Source: Bacillota bacterium (lineage in GTDB: Bacteria; Bacillota; Clostridia; Christensenellales; Aristaeellaceae). From it: a stretch of DNA of 64,000 nucleotides. The position numbers were made by a program, and so were the translations under genes. The DNA lies in NCBI GenBank assembly GCA_023395615.1, contig JAEWYP010000067.1:8743-72742 (forward strand), read 5' to 3'. Of this stretch, positions 46,422-56,318 are shown piece by piece. Within the stretch, counting starts at the first letter, position 1. Each line of letters opens with the position of its first letter. The notes beneath the pieces were generated by a model. That model was not told where the DNA came from and did not search any database. It was given only the letters and a program-made list of their open reading frames with translations.

Positions 46422-47168
46422 ATGAAACTGGTACTCCTTCGACATGGGGAAAGCGAATGGAACCTGAGCAACCGCTTTACCGGATGGACGGACGTAGACC
46501 TTTCCAAAACCGGGAAACAAGAGGCAAAACAGGCCGGACGGCTGATGAAGAAGGCCGGGCTGGATTTTGACGTGTGCTTCACTTCCTACCTAAAACGCGC
46601 AATCCATACCCTGAATCTGGCGCTGTCACAAATGGATCGGGACTGGCTGCCGGTGGAGAAGAGCTGGAAACTGAACGAACGGCACTACGGCGCGCTGCAG
46701 GGGTTAAACAAGGCGGAAACCGCCGAGCGCTACGGGGAAGAACAGGTACATCTCTGGCGACGTTCCTACGATGTTCGCCCGCCGGAACTGGCGGTAGAGG
46801 ATGAACGAAATCCTGCCCTCCAGCCTGCATACCGTGAGGTGCCGCCGGAAGAACTGCCACGGGCGGAAAGCCTGAAAGATACGATAGAACGCGCGGTTCC
46901 CTATTATCAACAGAACATATGGCCCAGGATGCAGAATGGGGAACGCGTGCTGATTGCGGCGCATGGCAACTCCCTGCGCGCGCTGATGATGGCGCTGGAA
47001 GGCATGAGCCCGGAGGAGATCAGCCGTGTGGATTTACCGACCGGTATCCCGCTGGTGTATGAACTGGACGAGAGCGGTAAAGTGATCCGGAAAACCTTTC
47101 TGGGGGGCCCTGAAGCGGTTGCGAAAAAGATGAAAAAGGTTGCCGATCAGGGCAAAGCCGTGAAATAA
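46422..47168 (+). CDS. gpmA: 2,3-bisphosphoglycerate-dependent phosphoglycerate mutase
   Basis: Contains [28 protein letters not shown] and the catalytic RHG motif. The RBS is AAAGGGGAG. Confidence 0.9.
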   Translation: MKLVLLRHGESEWNLSNRFTGWTDVDLSKTGKQEAKQAGRLMKKAGLDFDVCFTSYLKRAIHTLNLALSQMDRDWLPVEKSWKLNERHYGALQGLNKAETAERYGEEQVHLWRRSYDVRPPELAVEDERNPALQPAYREVPPEELPRAESLKDTIERAVPYYQQNIWPRMQNGERVLIAAHGNSLRALMMALEGMSPEEISRVDLPTGIPLVYELDESGKVIRKTFLGGPEAVAKKMKKVADQGKAVK

Positions 47169-47351
47169 CGCACTCCAAACGATGCCGCACGTCCTGTGCA
47201 AACTTTTTTCAGGGCGTGCGGTAAAACAATACCCTTTTCATATCGACGTTCGGAGCGACGAAAGAGCTAATAACATACAGAGTTTTCGACATTCTGAAAA
47301 TGTCGGATGAGTGAGCCGGCCTGCATTGAAGTGGAACGCTTGGAACCCGTA

Positions 47352-47394
47352 TAAAAAGGGAGCCGCCGCCATCCTTGCGGACAGCAGCGGCTCA
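47352..47394 (-). terminator. Rho-independent terminator of the small membrane protein gene
   Basis: The minus strand reads GAGCCGCTGC...GCGGCGGCTC followed by CCTTTTTAT. Confidence 0.55.
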
Positions 47395-47418
47395 GGAGGA
47401 GGGTCCCGCGGCGATGGT

Positions 47419-47913
47419 TTACCACAGCTGGCTCTGCAGCGAACCGTTGTAATAAGGTGCGCGAATCAGCATGTTTTTATAATCGATCTGGATCAGGTAT
47501 TTATACTGGTACTCAACCCGGCCGTCCAGCAGGCGATTGCGGACCGAACGGAAAGAATAACAATCACTGGCCGTCAGCTTAGGTACGACTTCTTCCATAA
47601 GCATCAGCAACGTTTCCTGCCGGTCGATTGTCAGGTTGGGATATCCGTGATCGGTTACGCAGAATTTCGTTTCATGCCCGAAAGGAAAGAGGAACCGGAT
47701 GGTGAAGCCCGTCTTGTCGATCGTCAGGCTTTCGATGGAGTATTTCTGCGCCTGACGCAGCATGGGGCGCATGGCTTCAAACAGAGGAGAAGCATACAGC
47801 TTTTTCACTTTCAACCGCTGCATACGGGCGCGGCGGCGATCTGCGAACATCAGATAAACAACGACGATCATCCCGATGAAAGCTATCAGTAAATACGGCA
47901 TCGACCTGTCCAT
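47419..47913 (-). CDS. Hypothetical single-pass membrane protein (about 164 aa)
   Basis: An N-terminal TM segment (PYLLIAFIGMIVVVYLMF) is followed by RRRAR. I chose the start at 47913, which has an AAGAGG RBS. The ORF maximum start is 47994. No family is recognised. Confidence 0.5.
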   Translation of the reverse strand: MDRSMPYLLIAFIGMIVVVYLMFADRRRARMQRLKVKKLYASPLFEAMRPMLRQAQKYSIESLTIDKTGFTIRFLFPFGHETKFCVTDHGYPNLTIDRQETLLMLMEEVVPKLTASDCYSFRSVRNRLLDGRVEYQYKYLIQIDYKNMLIRAPYYNGSLQSQLW

Positions 47914-48020
47914 AGGACTCGCCTCTTTCATGCGGAATATTGAACGGATGAGGGAGAAAAACCGAACGATTCTTAAACACATGTATTGTAACATATGTTT
48001 CTCTGATGTACAAGTGATTA

Positions 48021-48161
48021 TGTGGAAAAAATATGGGGAAATGGAGGGAATATGCTTACAATATGGTTACAAAAGTTAATAAACAGTTACAATGTGGAAT
48101 ATTTGAACATGAATTCGAAAAAAAGTTAGTTATCCACAGAATTTCGAGGAAATGTGGAAAA
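48021..48161. promoter_or_regulatory. Cluster of four DnaA-box-like 9-mers in an AT-rich spacer
   Basis: The 9-mers are TGTGGAAAA (48021-48029), TGTGGAATA (48093-48101), a perfect TTATCCACA (48130-48138) and TGTGGAAAA (48153-48161). Confidence 0.45.
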
Positions 48162-48456
48162 CGAAATTGAAAACGCGGGAAGGCTTATAAAATGAGAAAT
48201 TCGGCTACGATGCATTTTACCGGTAAGTGGGAAAGCGAACAATAAACGATTGGAATCACCTGCTGATCTGTCACGAAAAGAAAAAAACCCGAAGATTCAA
48301 GGAAATCAGAGCATTACGGAGGAAATTAGACTGATATGCAAGTACTGGCGGCGCTACAAATAGTCGATATTCATGACATGTACCTCTTGTATTCTGACAG
48401 AATGCACGCGATAGCAGAGATCCATCATGAGTGATGGAAGTAGGGGGGCTGTTCAT

Positions 48457-48945
48457 ATGGAATCTTATTCCGTTTTCCCATTGGGGGAGAACGATGTTTT
48501 GCGAGAACAGGTGAACGTACAGCTACAGGAGGAATGGGGAAACCTCTCGGTGGCTGTCCATGGAGAGCTTTTTGACTTGGCGGGATGCGATGGTTTCGTA
48601 TGCCTGGCCGGACAGACGGCGCTTGGCGCGGTCCATTACCGCAGGGATGGAGAAACGTACGAAGTGCTGTCGCTGTATGTGCTGCGGGAACACGAGGGGA
48701 TCGGACAGGCGCTGATGCGGCGGGCGATTGATAATGCGCGCCGAAACGGCGCGGAACGGCTTTACCTGTATACAACCAACGATAACACGCGTGCCATTCG
48801 GTTTTATCAGCAGATGGGAATGAACCTTGAGGCATTTAATCTGAATGCGGTTGAACGCTCGCGAAAGCTGAAACCCTGTATTCCTCTGAATGGCTGTGAT
48901 GGAATCCCGATCCGTCATGAACTGCGATTTGGCATGGAGCTCTAA
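48457..48945 (+). CDS. GNAT family N-acetyltransferase
   Basis: It has the acetyl-CoA motif A, LREHEGIGQALMRRAIDNARRNGAERLYL, plus NTRAIRFYQQMGM. The start at 48457 has an AGGGGGG RBS. Confidence 0.8.
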   Translation: MESYSVFPLGENDVLREQVNVQLQEEWGNLSVAVHGELFDLAGCDGFVCLAGQTALGAVHYRRDGETYEVLSLYVLREHEGIGQALMRRAIDNARRNGAERLYLYTTNDNTRAIRFYQQMGMNLEAFNLNAVERSRKLKPCIPLNGCDGIPIRHELRFGMEL

Positions 48946-49007
48946 GCGAAAAACAAGCGAAGCCGCGCATGTTCCCAGCCGGAGAATCAACCAAACTGGG
49001 AAACAGA

Positions 49008-49057
49008 AAAACCGACCGGGCGCTCTTCTCCTGATTGGAAAGGAACGCCGGTCGGTT
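49008..49057 (+). terminator. Hairpin terminator after the GNAT gene
   Basis: AAACCGACCGG(G)CG ... CGCCGGTCGGTTT followed by TAT. The loop is long, at 23 nt. Confidence 0.45.
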
Positions 49058-49096
49058 TTATGGCTTGTCGGATGAGGTAAAACAGGCAGCAGGGTG

Positions 49097-49465
49097 TTAC
49101 AGAAATTCGGCCAGTTTCATCAGGGCGGGCATGCTGCCCCGAACCTTGATCCTGTTCAACATCAGCGCGACGGTCGCGCTCTGCTTGCGCTGAAAAACAG
49201 CCAACAGGTTTGTTTCTTTGCCGCTTACTGTCACATCGACCGGGGAAAGGGGAGAAAGCTCGGAGAAAGAACCGTCCTGCAGGGCAAACGTGCAGGTATA
49301 CCCTGTATCGACTGTCGTAAGCCGATAGGCGTAGGTGATGCCTCGCAGCGAATCTTCGTTGCGGCGCAATACGCCATATAACGCGGGGATCAGCTGTGAC
49401 AGGGTGTCGGTCTGCTCCGCAAGTATATACATGGACTGAATATCGCGACGGAATGCTTCAGTCAT
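49097..49465 (-). CDS. SCP2 sterol-binding domain protein
   Basis: A 122-aa protein. The C-terminal pattern ...NLLAVFQRKQSATVALMLNRIKVRGSMPALMKLAEFL is typical of SCP-2 folds. Confidence 0.65.
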   Translation of the reverse strand: MTEAFRRDIQSMYILAEQTDTLSQLIPALYGVLRRNEDSLRGITYAYRLTTVDTGYTCTFALQDGSFSELSPLSPVDVTVSGKETNLLAVFQRKQSATVALMLNRIKVRGSMPALMKLAEFL

Positions 49466-49477
49466 CAGCCTATCTCC

Positions 49478-50872
49478 TTAAAATTCGGCGCTGCCGGTAG
49501 TGCGGGGGAAGGGGAGCACATCGCGGATGTTGGTGATGCCGGTTAAGTACATTACCAGACGTTCAAAGCCCAATCCAAACCCGGCATGCGGCGTGGTGCC
49601 GAAACGGCGGGTATCCAGATACCAGGAATACTGATCCTCATTCATGCCCAGCTCGTGAATACGGCTGGTCAGAACATCCAGGCGTTCTTCGCGCTGGCTG
49701 CCGCCGATCAGTTCGCCGATGCCCGGCACCAGCATATCCACAGCCGCGACAGTCTTGCGGTCGTCGTTCATGCGCATATAGAACGCTTTGATTTCCTTGG
49801 GATAGTTGTAAACGAACACGGGCTTTCCGAAGTGCTTTTCGGTCAGGTAACGCTCGTGCTCGGTCTGAAGGTCAATCCCCCAGGAAACGGGATATTCGAA
49901 GGTCTGGCCGCTCTTTAGCAGGATGTCGACAGCTTCGGTATACGTGCAGCGCGCGAAGTCGCTTCCGGCAACGGCACTCAGCTTCTCAATCAGACCTTTT
50001 TCCACAAAGCTGTCCAGAAAAGCCATTTCCGCCGGAGCGGCTGCCATCACGTGGGAGATGACGTATTTTAGCATTTCTTCAGCCAGCGCCATATCGTCCC
50101 CCAGATCGGCGAAGGCGATTTCCGGCTCGATCATCCAAAACTCGGCAGCATGGCGCGGCGTGTAGCTTTTTTCGGCGCGGAAGGTGGGGCCGAAGGTATA
50201 AACGTTGCGAAAAGCCATGCAGAACGTTTCCACGTTCAGCTGGCCGCTCACGGTCAGACTGGCCTGTTTGCCGAAGAAATCCTGCGTATAATCCACCGCG
50301 CCGCTTTCCATGCGCGGAGGCTGGTTAATGTCCAGCGTGGTCACCTGAAACATTTCGCCCGCGCCTTCACAGTCGCTTGTGGTGATCAGCGGGGTGTGGA
50401 CGTACACAAAGCCGCGTTCCGCAAAGAAAGCGTGGATATACTGCGCGGCCAGCGAACGGATGCGGAAAACCGCATAGAACGTGTTGGTGCGGGGGCGCAG
50501 GTGGGCGATGGTGCGCAGATACTCGAAACTGTGGCGCTTTTTTTGCAGGGGATAGCTGGGGTCGCACGCACCGACCAGCTCCACCTTTTTCGCTTTTAGC
50601 TCGAAGGGCTGTTTCATATCTGGGGTCAGCACCAGTTCGCCCGTGGCGCGTACGGCGCTGCCCAGCGTGATTTTTAGCGTGTCGGCGAAGTTTTCCGTCG
50701 CACCGTCTTCCAGCACGACCTGCAGGTTCCTGAAGTGCGTTCCGTCGTTCAACTCGATAAAACCGAATGCTTTGCTGTCGCGCACGGTGCGCACCCAACC
50801 GGATACGGTGCATTCGGAGAGATTGGTATCGGGCTGCTGGCGGAACAGGGATTCAACGGTATAGGTTGCCAT
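49478..50872 (-). CDS. asnS: Asparagine--tRNA ligase
   Basis: It has the OB-fold N-terminus ([23 protein letters not shown]) and class II motifs ([38 protein letters not shown]). The start at 50872 has a GAGGAGG RBS. Confidence 0.95.
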   Translation of the reverse strand: MATYTVESLFRQQPDTNLSECTVSGWVRTVRDSKAFGFIELNDGTHFRNLQVVLEDGATENFADTLKITLGSAVRATGELVLTPDMKQPFELKAKKVELVGACDPSYPLQKKRHSFEYLRTIAHLRPRTNTFYAVFRIRSLAAQYIHAFFAERGFVYVHTPLITTSDCEGAGEMFQVTTLDINQPPRMESGAVDYTQDFFGKQASLTVSGQLNVETFCMAFRNVYTFGPTFRAEKSYTPRHAAEFWMIEPEIAFADLGDDMALAEEMLKYVISHVMAAAPAEMAFLDSFVEKGLIEKLSAVAGSDFARCTYTEAVDILLKSGQTFEYPVSWGIDLQTEHERYLTEKHFGKPVFVYNYPKEIKAFYMRMNDDRKTVAAVDMLVPGIGELIGGSQREERLDVLTSRIHELGMNEDQYSWYLDTRRFGTTPHAGFGLGFERLVMYLTGITNIRDVLPFPRTTGSAEF

Positions 50873-50876
50873 GGGT

Positions 50877-51839
50877 TCAGGCCTCCTCGACGAATTGTTT
50901 GCCAAGCATCGCGGCGCCGATCATGCCGGCATCCGCACCCAGACGGGCGATTTCCACCCGGGAATAGGGCAGATCTTTAAAGAGTATATAACGTTTCAGG
51001 CGCGCGCGCACCGCATCCAGCAGGAAATTGCCGGCCTTGCTCACACCGCCGCCCAGAATGATCACTTCCGGGTCCAAAAATGCGATAATGCTGTCCAGTG
51101 CCATGCAAAGATAGTTAACATAGCGGCGGAAGACTTTCATGGCGACGTCATCGCCTTCTTTGGCGCAGTCAAATACCATTTTTGCGGTCATTCCGTCCAC
51201 ATTCCCACCACAGGCGTTGTACAGGCTGCTTTCGGGGTGTTGCAGAGCAGCCTGCTTCCCCATGCGGATCACCGCTGTCGCGCTGCAGTAGCGCTCCAGA
51301 CAACCGTCGTTGCCGCAATTGCAGGGATCGCCCTCTATGTCCATTGGCATATGGCCGATTTCGCTGCCGACGCCGTGAAAGCCGCTCCAGGGTCTGCCAC
51401 CGATCACGATGCCGCCGCCGACGCCTGTGCCCAGCGTGATAAATACGCTGGAATGGCTGCCGGAAGCCAGACCGTAAACGCTTTCCGCAAAACCGGCCAC
51501 GGTCGCGTCGTTGTCGATGTAAATGGGTTTGTTAATATACTTTTGCAGTTCCACACGAAGCGGTTCGTTGTGCCAGCTAAGATTGGCACAAAATACCACC
51601 ACGCCGGTTTTCTGATTTGCTACGCCGGGCACGCCGACCCCGACGGATACCACATCGGCGACGGTGAAGCCGCCCTTTTCCAGCACGCTCAGCGCGCAGG
51701 CACCCATATCCCTGACAATTTCGGCAAACGGCCGGCCTGCCAGTGTGGGTGTTTCTCCCTGCGCAAGCAGCGTCCCTTTTTCATCAACGACGCCGACTTT
51801 AATCCCCGTGCCCCCGACGTCAATCCCCAAATATACCAT
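50877..51839 (-). CDS. glcK: ROK family glucokinase
   Basis: Contains [15 protein letters not shown] and the ROK zinc motif [14 protein letters not shown]. Confidence 0.9.
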   Translation of the reverse strand: MVYLGIDVGGTGIKVGVVDEKGTLLAQGETPTLAGRPFAEIVRDMGACALSVLEKGGFTVADVVSVGVGVPGVANQKTGVVVFCANLSWHNEPLRVELQKYINKPIYIDNDATVAGFAESVYGLASGSHSSVFITLGTGVGGGIVIGGRPWSGFHGVGSEIGHMPMDIEGDPCNCGNDGCLERYCSATAVIRMGKQAALQHPESSLYNACGGNVDGMTAKMVFDCAKEGDDVAMKVFRRYVNYLCMALDSIIAFLDPEVIILGGGVSKAGNFLLDAVRARLKRYILFKDLPYSRVEIARLGADAGMIGAAMLGKQFVEEA

Positions 51840-51895
51840 CTATATACCCCCTGTGATTACGCTGGGCGGGTTCAATCGCTCCGGCGTGGATTCCG

Positions 51896-52825
51896 TTATT
51901 CGTCTTTATCCTTGTTTTGCGCGATCATTTCATTCAAGCGGCGGTCCAACTCATGCGCGGCGCTGTAACCCAGCCTGCGAAGGCTGAGGTTGCGGGCTGC
52001 GACTTCAATAATGATGGCGAGGTTGCGGCCCGGACGAACCGGCATGACCTGATAGGGCACTTTTACGCCGAGAATGGTGACCGTTTCCTCGGTGAGCCCT
52101 AACCGGTCGTATTCCTTGCTCTGATCCCATTTTTCCATGTGGATCACCATATCGATGGACTTGGACATGATGACCGAGCCGACGCCGTACATGGCGCGGA
52201 TGTCAATGATGCCGATGCCGCGAATCTCCATAAAGTGTCGCACCATTTCCGGCGCTTCGCCAATCAGGCGGTCATCCGCCACGCGGCAGATATCCACCAC
52301 GTCGTCGGCGGCCAGCTGATGCCCGCGTTTGATCAGTTCCAGCGCAGCCTCGCTTTTTCCCACACCGCTTTCGCCGGTCAGCAGTACGCCGACGCCGTAC
52401 ACATCCACCAGCACCCCGTGACGCGTTACGTGCGGCGCGAGAGAACGGTTGAGGTACATGATGGCCTGCAAGGAGAACTTGGTGGTTTTTGCGTTGCTCT
52501 GGAACACGGGGATATCATGCTGCCGGGCAAGTTCCAGCAGTTCCTTGGGCGGGATCATCCCCCAGCATACGATGATGCAGGGGAGTTTATAATTCATATA
52601 AACTTCCAGTACACTGCGGCGCTTGTCCGGCTCCAGCGATTCCAGATAGGTCATTTCCACCTTGCCGATGACTTGAGGGCGCTCATAGGCGAAATACTCG
52701 TAAAAACCGCAGAACTGCATCCCCGGACGGTTCAGGTCCGTGGAGGTGATATCCATTTCGTCTTTACTGGAGGGGTTCAATACCTCAAGCTCCAGCGTTT
52801 TAGTAAAGTCCTCGACTTTAATCAC
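51896..52825 (-). CDS. hprK: HPr kinase/phosphorylase
   Basis: Contains the P-loop GESGVGKSEAALELIKRGHQLAADD, followed by EIRGIGIIDI. Confidence 0.95.
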   Translation of the reverse strand: MIKVEDFTKTLELEVLNPSSKDEMDITSTDLNRPGMQFCGFYEYFAYERPQVIGKVEMTYLESLEPDKRRSVLEVYMNYKLPCIIVCWGMIPPKELLELARQHDIPVFQSNAKTTKFSLQAIMYLNRSLAPHVTRHGVLVDVYGVGVLLTGESGVGKSEAALELIKRGHQLAADDVVDICRVADDRLIGEAPEMVRHFMEIRGIGIIDIRAMYGVGSVIMSKSIDMVIHMEKWDQSKEYDRLGLTEETVTILGVKVPYQVMPVRPGRNLAIIIEVAARNLSLRRLGYSAAHELDRRLNEMIAQNKDKDE

Positions 52826-53670
52826 TGAGAATCACTCCCTTGTGATACATTATCCAAGACATGCGTTTCGATAAACCGGGCGACTCCGTCTTCCGCGTTG
52901 GTGCCGCATACATGGCGTGCCGCGGATTTCACTTCGTCGCGCGCGTTTCCCATGGCCACGCTGTGTACCGCGTATTCCAACATGGGCAGGTCGTTCAGGC
53001 TGTCCCCGAAAACCATGGTGTGTTCTGGTGACAGATTCAACTTCTGCGCAAGCCTGCGCAGCGCCGCTCCCTTGCTGACATGAGGAGGCTCCGCCTCTAA
53101 AAAGTACGGTTTGCTTACGGTGAAAGCAACGTTGGGAAATTCTTTCTGGATCAGTGGATACAACCTGGCAACCTCGTCGGGAGTCTGTACGCTCAGAATC
53201 TTCGGAGTCGGAAAGGTGACGAACGCTTCCAGATCGCCCACGGCATGCCCGAACATTCCGGAAGAGCGGCGGTAGTTCGCGCTGGCTTCACACTCTTCTT
53301 CAAAATAGAAGGACTCGTCCCGGTAGCACTGCGTGTAAAAACTCTGTGCTTTCAGATACCGGATGATGTCGCGAGCCTGCTGCGGCGAAAAGGTGACGGA
53401 TTCCAGCACCGTGTGATCCGGGCCTACCAGCTCCGCGCCGTTGCTGGCGATGTAGGGGAGGCCGGTGTTTAACTGCTTCACATACGGAAGCATGCTGAAC
53501 GCCGCACGCCCGCTGGCGGGAATGACACGGATTCCCCTTGCCTGCGCGCGGGCAAGCACATCCAGCGTATAGGGAGAAATTCGGGCTTCGGTATTCAGCA
53601 ATGTATCGTCCAGATCGGTTACGATCGCGTCAATCTGCAATTTGATAACTCCTTTAGATCGATCAGTCAT
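52822..53670 (-). CDS. Cof-type HAD-IIB family hydrolase
   Basis: Contains the DxD motif IVTDLDDTLL and the C-terminal GDSLNDLPMLEYA. The start at 53670 overlaps the tadA stop (ATGACTGA). The ORF maximum start is 53823. Confidence 0.8.
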   Translation of the reverse strand: MTDRSKGVIKLQIDAIVTDLDDTLLNTEARISPYTLDVLARAQARGIRVIPASGRAAFSMLPYVKQLNTGLPYIASNGAELVGPDHTVLESVTFSPQQARDIIRYLKAQSFYTQCYRDESFYFEEECEASANYRRSSGMFGHAVGDLEAFVTFPTPKILSVQTPDEVARLYPLIQKEFPNVAFTVSKPYFLEAEPPHVSKGAALRRLAQKLNLSPEHTMVFGDSLNDLPMLEYAVHSVAMGNARDEVKSAARHVCGTNAEDGVARFIETHVLDNVSQGSDSQ

Positions 53671-54121
53671 CCTGCCTTCGACGGGCAAAAAACGTGTTGA
53701 GCAGCGCCTGAGATTCCTCTGCAAGCAGCCCGCCCGTACTGGAAAACCGCCAGTAGAAGGATGGATCGCGGGTGAGAGCGTAAACGCTGCCGCAGCATCC
53801 CTGCCGTTCGTCCGAAGCGCCAAAAATACAGGCGCCCAGCTTGGCCATTACCATCGCGCCCGCGCACATGGGGCAGGGTTCCAGCGTGGTATACAGCGTG
53901 CACTGCGACAATCTGCGATCCTTCAGCTTCTCCGCGCCTGCTCTTAGTGCCAGAATCTCCGCGTGCGCTGTGGGATCGTGGAGTTGTTCCCGGCGATTAT
54001 GGGCGCTGGCAATCGCTTCGCCGTTCATCACAAGGACAGCGCCAACGGGAATTTCTCCCTCCTGCGCGGCCTGCTGCGCTTCGGCAAGCGCCATTCGCAT
54101 GAAGCGTTCGTGGTCGCTCAT
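53663..54121 (-). CDS. tadA: tRNA adenosine(34) deaminase TadA
   Basis: It has the CDA zinc motifs HAEILALR and PCPMCAGA. Confidence 0.9.
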   Translation of the reverse strand: MSDHERFMRMALAEAQQAAQEGEIPVGAVLVMNGEAIASAHNRREQLHDPTAHAEILALRAGAEKLKDRRLSQCTLYTTLEPCPMCAGAMVMAKLGACIFGASDERQGCCGSVYALTRDPSFYWRFSSTGGLLAEESQALLNTFFARRRQDD

Positions 54122-56067
54122 CGCGTTTCCTCCGACGCCGACGGACTTTTTTCTACTCTGCGTTCCGCTTCGGCGCGCGCGTTTACCTCATCCGGCGTGT
54201 GAAAGGTGGGTAAAAGCGCGTGCAGGCAAACCATCATATCACCATTCTCATCCACACAGCGATGCAGCGTGGCCAGCATCGTTTCCAGCGTTTCGGTCGA
54301 TACGGTTTCCGGTTGAGCAATCAGGATTTTTTCCAGCCCCGTTTGCGTCAGGCTTTCATCGGCGGTCAGCAGTTCCTCATAGAGTTTCTCACCTGGGCGA
54401 AGCCCCACATAACGGATTTCCACCTGCTTTTGTCCGCCCTGCGCCGCGTACAGTCGGATCATTTTTTCGGCCAGATCGCGGATACGCACAGGCTGGCCCA
54501 TATCCAGCACAAACAACTCACCGCCTTTTGCGATGGCGGCGGTTTGCAGTACCAGACTCGCGGCTTCCGGGATCGTCATAAAATAACGGATAATGTCCGG
54601 ATGGGTAATGGTGACTGGGCCGCCTGCGCGGATTTGGCGCTCAAACAGCGGAACGACGCTGCCGTGAGAACCCAGAACGTTACCGAAACGCACGGCGGTA
54701 AACTCGGTTTTCCCCTGCCCGTTCAGCGCTTCGATGACCATTTCCGCCAACCGTTTGGTTGCGCCCATTACGTTGGTGGGGTTGACCGCCTTATCGGTGG
54801 AGATCATCACAAAGCGCTTGACGCCGTAACGAATGGATACGGCGGCGGCTGTGTATGTACCAAAGACATTGTTTTTTACGGCCTGTGCGGGGCAACCTTC
54901 CATCAGCGGCACGTGTTTATGCGCGGCGGCGTGCAGCACCACGTCCGGGTGCTGTTCCGCCATGACCTCGGATAAGCGGGCTTCGTCGCCGATGGAGCCG
55001 ACGCGCAGGATCAGCCGTTCGTCCAACCCTCCCGGATACCGTTCCTGCAGTTCAAAAAACAAGTCGTACATATAGTTTTCGCTGATGTCGTACAGCACGA
55101 TCTTCTTCGGTTGAAACGCCATCAGTTGTCGGCAGAGCTCGCTGCCGATGGAACCGCCGCCGCCGGTGATCAGTACGGTTTTATCGTGGAAATACGCGGC
55201 AGTCTCCGTCATGTTCAGCTTCTGTTCGGGGCGCCCCAGCAGGTCCCCGATGTTCAGGTCACGCACATCACTGCGAACGCCTTCCTCGTTCAAATCCTCC
55301 GGGGCGTTAACCCGCCGGACGCGGCAGCCGGTCGCGAGACAGGCTTCGATTAACGGCCGCAGATCCCCGTTTGGCGTGGCAATGGCTACAAGAATATCGT
55401 CAATCTGATAATCTGCGGCGTATTGCGCTACCTGCGCGGTGCCGCGTACAACCCGAACCCCGTTCAGGCGCGCGCCCACGCGGGAAGGGTCGTCGTCCAC
55501 CACAATCACGGGCAACGAGTTGCCGTAGCGGCCGTTTTGCATATCCCGGATTACGCTGGCGCCCGCCCACCCCGCGCCGACAACCATGGTGCGGCGCACA
55601 CTGTTACGCGCGCCCCTGCGGAAAGGATACATGCCGTGGGTAACGATGATCCGGTAGGCGAAACGGGAGCCGCCGATTAACACGGTGAGCAGAACCCAAT
55701 ACAGTAAATAGACCATCCGATGGAGCAGATTATAATTTTCCGGCTGGGTAAAAGCGTAGCAAAGAAGCGAGTACAGGTAGGTAGCCACGGCCCCCGCCAG
55801 CGTGGAAAGCACGATGGGGATCACGCTATCCACCGAGGCGTATTGCCACATGTTACGGTACAGGCCAAACGCCCAGAAGGAGAGCAAACAGAGCAGCGTC
55901 ATTACCGGGGCAAGGTTTACGTAACGCTGGAAAAACACTTCCGGAATCTGCACTTCAAAGCGAAACTGCTGCGCCAGAATCATGGCCAGATTGCAGAGCA
56001 GAATATCCAGTAAGACCCACAGAATGCTGCGCAACGAATGATTCAGCCTTGTTTTTCGATCAGTCAT
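54118..56067 (-). CDS. Membrane-anchored polysaccharide biosynthesis protein (CapD/PglF-like NDP-sugar 4,6-dehydratase)
   Basis: It has four N-terminal TM segments and two Rossmann regions (VVGAGWAGASV and VLITGGGGSIGSEL). Its stop overlaps the tadA start (ATGA). Confidence 0.85.
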   Translation of the reverse strand: MTDRKTRLNHSLRSILWVLLDILLCNLAMILAQQFRFEVQIPEVFFQRYVNLAPVMTLLCLLSFWAFGLYRNMWQYASVDSVIPIVLSTLAGAVATYLYSLLCYAFTQPENYNLLHRMVYLLYWVLLTVLIGGSRFAYRIIVTHGMYPFRRGARNSVRRTMVVGAGWAGASVIRDMQNGRYGNSLPVIVVDDDPSRVGARLNGVRVVRGTAQVAQYAADYQIDDILVAIATPNGDLRPLIEACLATGCRVRRVNAPEDLNEEGVRSDVRDLNIGDLLGRPEQKLNMTETAAYFHDKTVLITGGGGSIGSELCRQLMAFQPKKIVLYDISENYMYDLFFELQERYPGGLDERLILRVGSIGDEARLSEVMAEQHPDVVLHAAAHKHVPLMEGCPAQAVKNNVFGTYTAAAVSIRYGVKRFVMISTDKAVNPTNVMGATKRLAEMVIEALNGQGKTEFTAVRFGNVLGSHGSVVPLFERQIRAGGPVTITHPDIIRYFMTIPEAASLVLQTAAIAKGGELFVLDMGQPVRIRDLAEKMIRLYAAQGGQKQVEIRYVGLRPGEKLYEELLTADESLTQTGLEKILIAQPETVSTETLETMLATLHRCVDENGDMMVCLHALLPTFHTPDEVNARAEAERRVEKSPSASEETR

Positions 56068-56274
56068 CAGGGAATGCCTCCGGCCTGAGCGGATTGAATG
56101 CGTTTGACGCGACGGATTTGGGCTGTTACACAGAAAAACGGCCTATTCCGGGACAGGCGCACACACTGGTATTTTAACACAGAAAGACTGGGATGAAAAG
56201 CGCTTGCGCCGTAATGATACATACAACTCAGTGTTCGGCCGATCGGAGAGGGAAAGGGACTGACGAATGAGTAA

Positions 56275-56305
56275 CGGCCACCCTCCGCTTTCGCAGGGGT
56301 GGCCG
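56275..56305 (-). terminator. Hairpin downstream of lepA
   Basis: CGGCCACCC ... GGGTGGCCG is a 9-bp stem. The T-tract is weak. Confidence 0.4.
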
Positions 56306-56318
56306 CCAATATCTGCGG

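Noticed and set aside
47186-47224. Terminator for gpmA (CCGCACGTCCTG...CAGGGCGTGCGG)
   Set aside because: A 12-bp stem exists, but the T-run lies inside the loop rather than 3' of the stem on either strand. I have not called it a canonical intrinsic terminator.
47311-47892. 193-aa plus-strand ORF overlapping the small membrane protein gene
   Set aside because: It has no RBS, and it begins inside the terminator region of the opposite gene. The minus-strand frame has a convincing TM segment with positive-inside residues, an RBS and a terminator. Neither frame has homology support that I can see, so confidence in the minus-strand call is itself only moderate.
48021-48161. Calling the DnaA-box cluster the chromosomal replication origin (oriC)
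   Set aside because: There is no dnaA, dnaN, rpmH or gidA context in this window. There are only four boxes, one of them weak. I found no clear DnaA-trio or 13-mer DUE arrangement. Strand bias cannot be assessed from 64 kb. I keep it as a DnaA-box cluster of unknown role.
48192-48245. 17-codon sORF (MRNSATMHFTGKWESEQ) with a GGGAAGG RBS-like sequence in the AT-rich spacer. A 19-codon sORF, MWKKYGEMEGICLQYGYKS, starts at 48020.
   Set aside because: Both are too short to evaluate without conservation or ribosome-profiling data. AT-rich DNA produces such sORFs by chance.
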